From: Octopus vulgaris
Lineage: Eukaryota
NCBI GenBank assembly: GCA_951406725.2
Contig: OX597839.1
Coordinates: 1,984,001 to 2,048,000 of the forward strand
Direction of reading: 5' to 3'
Length of the DNA: 64,000 bases
Shown here: positions 58,523-64,000 of the stretch, piece after piece
Position numbering within the stretch: the stretch's first letter is position 1
Layout of the letters: each line of letters begins with the position of its first letter
Made by a program: the position numbers and the translations under genes
The notes under the pieces: generated by a model
What the model saw: only the letters and a program-made list of their open reading frames with translations
What the model was told of the DNA's origin: nothing
Databases searched by the model: none

Positions 58523-58906
58523 AGAGGTGCAATGGCCCAGTGGTTAGGGCTGCGGACTCGCGGTCATAGGATCGCGGTTTCGATTCCCAGACCGGGCGTT
58601 GTGAGAGTTTATTGAGCGAAAACACCTAAAAACTCCACGAGGCTCCGGTAGGGGATGGTGGTGATCCCTGCTGTACTCTTTCACCACAACTTTCTCTCAC
58701 TCTTACTTCCTGTTTCTGTTGTACCTGTATTTCAAAGGGCCGGCCTTGTCACTCTCTGTGTCACGCTGAATATCCCCGAGAACTACGTTAAGGGTACACG
58801 TGTCTGTGGAGTGCTCAGCCACTTACACGTTAATTTCACGAGCAGGCTGTTCCGTTGATTCGGATCAACCGGAACCTTCATCGTCGTAACCGACGGAGTG
58901 CTTCCC
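58523..58906 (+). mobile_element. tRNA-like SINE family C with a 14-bp TSD
   Basis: ATATAAGCTGCCAG at 58509-58522 and 58907-58920; head TGGCCCAGTGGTTAGGG..GGTTTCGATTCCC. Other copies at 9468-9750, 46835-47160 and 38063-38207 (-). Confidence 0.88.
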
Positions 58907-59537
58907 ATATAAGCTGCCAGGGCCAACCAAAGCCCTGTGAGTGGATTTGGTAGATGGAAACTGAAAGAAACCTGTCGTATATGTGTATGTGAGTGTTTGT
59001 GTGTCGGTGCCGTAGCACGGTCGCAGCTCGCCGCCTTAATTTGGCCACCTATTAATGCGACAAAATTGATTTGACTGACAAAAACTTTTTAAAGAATTCG
59101 AATAGCTTCCATTTTTAAATTTAGTGCTTCTTCACTCGAGGTCAAATAGACCAGTCCAATCAACAAATCTGATTAATCGATTGTTTAGCGATATTAATTA
59201 CTAAGAAATAACAGTGACAGTGAAGCTGTGAAAGACAGAGAGAGAGAGAGAGGTGGGGGCCACGCATTTTCAAGATTGCATAACTCAGCAGACGATATTT
59301 TTTAACGGGATGACTTTAGTTGCTGGAACGCGCGCCTTTTCCATCTGATACTTACACTGAGCGTTAATCTAATATATTCAATCTGTACATCAAACTGACT
59401 TTTCTTAGCTTTTCTGTGATTTTTTTTGGTTCATGGATTTGTTTATATATATATATGTGTGTGTGTGTGTATGTGTGTGTGTGTGTGTGTGTGTGCCTGT
59501 GTGCGTGTGTGTATTTGTGTTTGTGTGTGTGTGTGAG

Positions 59538-59579
<42 letters not shown>

Positions 59580-59597
59580 GCTTGTATATAGCTTATA

Positions 59598-59629
<32 letters not shown>

Positions 59630-59726
59630 CATATATAAACTATATATATATATATAGCTTATGAATATAGAGAAATTATTGTTGAAGCAGTAGCATTATT
59701 ATTGTTGCTATTATTATTATTATTAT

Positions 59727-59786
<60 letters not shown>

Positions 59787-59827
59787 CAGCAGCAGCAGCA
59801 GTAGCAGTAGCAGTGGTGGCGGTGGTG

Positions 59828-59878
<51 letters not shown>

Positions 59879-60084
59879 ACGATTAATTCTGTTTTCTGTC
59901 TCATATCACAGATAATTTTGATTCCTTCGTTCCAAAAGTTATCTTTAGCTCCAGACAGGCCATTACTCACCTTGTCGTTCATATATCAACCGATAAACTC
60001 GCTCCTCACCTTTGGTGTCTGTTATGCTCTCAGCAAAGAGAAATTTAAAGGAATGTAAAATAAAATATCAAAGGAGAAAATTGC

Positions 60085-60555
60085 GTATGTATGAGCGTAT
60101 GTATGTATGTATGTATGTATGTGTGTATGTATGTATGTGTGTATGTATGAATGTATGTATGTATGTATGTATGTATGCATGTATGTGTGTATGTATGTAT
60201 GTTTGTATGTATGTATGCATGTATGTGTGTATGTATGCATGTATGTGTGTATGTATGTATGTATGTATGCATGTATGCATGTATGTATTATGTATGTATG
60301 TATTATGTATATATGTATGTTTGTATGTATGTATGTATGCATGCTTGCATACGTTTGTACGTTTGTATGGTTGTATGTATGTTTGTGACTATGTATGTAT
60401 GTTTGTATGTATGTTTGTATGTATTATGTATGTATGTATTATGTATATATGTTTGTATGTATATATGTTTGTATGTATGCATGTATGTATGTATGTATGT
60501 ATGTATGTATGTATGTATGTATGTATGCATGTATGTATGTTTGTATGTATGCATG
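60085..60555. repeat. (TATG)n microsatellite
   Basis: Direct reading. Confidence 0.95.
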
Positions 60556-60647
60556 TATATCTCTATCAGCACAACAATCGTTTCGGTTTCGTTCTGCACT
60601 GCTCACTAGTGGGTGTAGGGCGATGTAATGACCTCAGATGCAGCGTG

Positions 60648-60685
<38 letters not shown>

Positions 60686-60850
60686 CGCGCGCACGTGCGT
60701 GTGTGTGTGAGTGTGTAAATATATATATACACATACATATATATATGGGTAAATACCCAATCTTTCTCTACAACACCATTAGACGCTTCCAAAGTCTGTC
60801 TATACATGCATACATATATACAAATATATATATATATTTATGTATGTATG

Positions 60851-60941
<91 letters not shown>

Positions 60942-63321
60942 ATATATATATGAATTGCTACATATTCTGATAAGCTCACCTTCATCGTTGAATACACGTG
61001 TCGGCTGTTATCAAACAAAGAATTTAAGTGGGTATTTGGAGGGAAAACAAACAGAGTGAACGTATAGTGAAAAGTACAAAGCAAATGGAATGTACAAGGG
61101 CTTGTGGTCACAGATAGTGAGGATGCAGTCACGGCTGCTTATCGGTAGCACGTGTTTCTTGTGTTCTTCACTTTATGGAGCATAAGAATATGTAAGGGTG
61201 GGGAGCGTGTATCTGCGATTGAGGTTGTGTGTGTGTGTGTAAATATATGTGTGTGTGTATATATATATATATGTATATAAATAAATATGTATATATGTAT
61301 ATATGTAAATATATATACATGTAAATATATATATATATGTAAATATGTATATATATGTATATATATGTGGATATATAAAGGAGTTTGTGTGTGTGTGTAA
61401 ATATATATGTGTGTGTATATATATACATAGGCATATATATTGTGTGTGTATGTATGTGTGTGTGTGTGCGCGCGCGCGCGCGCGTGCGTATGTTCCTTAT
61501 GCATTCCGAAACCGAGTTTTCGATTTTGACGTAAGGGGTATCAAAACATTTAGTAAGCCTTTGGCTACCACCTAAACTATATTTACATTCACATATTTAA
61601 GGCGGCGAGCTGGCAGAAACGTTAGCACGCCGGGCGAAATGCGTAACCGTATTTCGTCTGCCGTTACGTTCTGAGTTCAAATTCCGCCGAGGTCGACTTT
61701 GCCTTTCATCCTTTCGGGGTTGATAAATTAAGTACCAGTTACGCACTGGGTTCGATATAATCGACTTAATCCGTCTGTCTGTCCGCTTTTGTTCTCTCTG
61801 TGTTTAGCCCCTTGTGGGTAGTAAAGAAAGAAATAAATGTCTGTCAGTATACATACATTTTTGTGACGACTGACACATACACACGTCTAAAGATAGAGAC
61901 AAACATACAGAGATAGGCTTCAGGTGTGTGTTAATGTTCGTGTGTATGTGTCTTAGTTTATGTATGTATCTTCCCCCGCACAACAGTGAAACGAACTCAT
62001 ATTGAAAGTTTACTTGCAGCCTGGACTTCAAGCAAACAAGAGCATTCACTTTCAAGTACTACCAACATGAAAATTTGACTGATTTAACACCACTGACAAT
62101 ACTCGCAAATATATCTGAAAAAAAAAAAGTATTATTCTGAAAATATATCTGGAAAAAAAAAGTATTACAATTATTAACAAATTCGGAAACTTGGCGAAGT
62201 AGAAAGCCTCAATATAATTACAGAAGTGTCATTCCACTCCTTCTAACCAGTTTCAAGATAATGTTTTTTTAAAAACAGTCCTTGTATTCTTCATCATTGT
62301 ATCAACGTCACACAACCTTTTTACTGCATTACTACGTATTTATTCTACAGCCTATAACGTTACACAGTTCAAAAACAGAATCTTCCTTTTTATACACTAG
62401 GTTCAGTGTTCGTTTCAAAATTGTAAAATAAATTATTTTCGTATGAAAAATTGAATTATGCCTTCTGAGTTTTCTTGGACATTCATTTTCTTCACCGTCT
62501 CATTCGTTCAATCGTGAATTTTATAACATTTAGTACATGTTCCAAATAAATGTTGACTTTACTCTTTTACTCTTTTACTTGTTTCAGTCATTTGACTGCG
62601 GCCATGCTGGACCACCGCCTTTAGTTGAGCAAATTGACCCCGAGACTTATTCTTTGTAAGCTCAGTACTTATTCTATCGGTGTGGTTTGCCGAACCGCTA
62701 GCTTACGGGGACATAAACACACCAGCATCGGTTGTCAAGCAATGCTAGGGGGACAAACGCAGACACACAAACACACACGTACACATATATATATACACAT
62801 ATATATACATATATACGACGGGCTTCTTTCAGTTTCCGTCTACCAAATCCACTCACAAGGCTTTTGTCGGCCCGAGGCTATAGTAGAAGACACTTGCCCA
62901 AGATGCCACGCAGTGGGACTGAACCCGGAACCATGCGGTTGGTAAGCAAGCTACTTACCACACAGCCACTGCGTACTTTCTTACATTAACCGAACCTCTA
63001 TGCTTCAGATATTTTTTAAAAAGTTTAAACAATGAAAATTATTAATTAATTTAATAATAAACCTCGATGATTAGTCTTTTATTTGGTATTTCAATATTTC
63101 TGGTTCAGGAGCCCTTCTTCAGGAAATCAACAGAGAAAAGGTGTTGATAGCTGACGATCAGCAAGTTTTCTCCGTAGGTATCCTGAAGAAGAGGTCCTAA
63201 CCCTGAACTTTTGAATTACCGTTTAATAGGACTAACCATCGACTTGAATTATTAATTATTATAACTTACATTGTGAAGAGTTTAAAAAATTATATATGTA
63301 TACACACACACATACACACAC

Positions 63322-63378
<57 letters not shown>

Positions 63379-63519
63379 GAAAGAGATAGAGAGATATGTA
63401 TATAATATATATGCCATGTATGTATATATATATATATATCAATAATAATAGTGATTGTTTCTTATCAGGAACGAAGTGGTTAGGACTGCTATATAAGTGC
63501 TCAGGTAAATGAGACGAGT

Positions 63520-63717
63520 CTAACAAACTTTGGTTGTAGAACAAACAACAACTTTAAGGTCAGCCACCCAACATATCACATCTCGAGCATTTAAACACAT
63601 AATGCTTTTTCTTATACATAGAATACAGATGTATTCCATGTATAAGAAAAAGCATTATGTGATATGTTAGGTGGATGACCTTAAATTTCTTGTTTGTTCT
63701 ACAAGCAAAGTTTGTTA
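63520..63717. repeat. Imperfect foldback next to (TA)n; a second diverged inverted repeat lies at about 63041-63262
   Basis: TAACAAACTTTG..ATAATGCTTTTTCTTATACAT mirrored by ATGTATAAGAAAAAGCATTAT..CAAAGTTTGTTA. Confidence 0.7.
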
Positions 63718-63915
63718 TATATATATATACATTTTTGTCAGTTCTCTATGGTTTTCTTTTCGTTGCTTAATTCTACCATCTTTCACTCGTATCCTTTGGT
63801 TTCTTTATCGATAAGCTGATAACTCCCCTTCCTCCTAACCATATAATTTATCACTATAAGCACGCGTCTCGAAAGCAAGCCGACAGAAATTTATAAAAAA
63901 TTTCGTTATTATCGA

Positions 63916-63969
63916 ATCGGCCCCGATTTCTGAGTTAATTCATTTTTGAATTTTCTCGTCATCAGCGAT
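63916..63969 (-). ncRNA. Degenerate hammerhead motif
   Basis: Minus strand ATCG-CTGATGA-C-GAG..AATTCA/TGAATT..CTC-A-GAAA-TCGGG-GC-CGAT; U16.1 lost. Confidence 0.5.
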
Positions 63970-64000
63970 AAATACGATAAGAAAATAAACGAGATACTTA

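Overview
AT-rich animal genomic DNA packed with microsatellites and retroposons. The SINE families suggest a cephalopod, probably Octopus (inference only). Most ORFs in the track are artefacts of (TA)n, (CA)n, (TATG)n, (GAT)n and (TTG)n tracts. The only convincing host coding sequences are two + strand DEG/ENaC (ASIC/FaNaC-like) N-terminal exons 42 kb apart (5491-5777 and 47763-47986). Both carry the F-x-x-N-C-T-L-H-G motif and end at a phase-2 GTAAG donor just before TM1. I found no other channel exons between them, so they may be alternative first exons. The rest of the window is mobile DNA: a 5'-truncated Penelope-like element (RT C-terminus plus GIY-YIG) with inverted pseudo-LTRs, a decayed full-length mariner, RTE LINE fragments (one with C-terminal C2H2 fingers), a TTAA/piggyBac-like MITE with internal 168-bp repeats, three tRNA-like SINE families and a 152-bp tandem array of SINE heads. 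The most striking hidden signal is a large set of type I hammerhead ribozyme motifs. Five have an intact core and lie in a 535/536-bp tandem-plus-inverted array nested in the Penelope element. More than ten others, intact or variant, lie in short, often foldback elements next to (TA)n tracts. All RNA folds were worked out by eye and none was computed.
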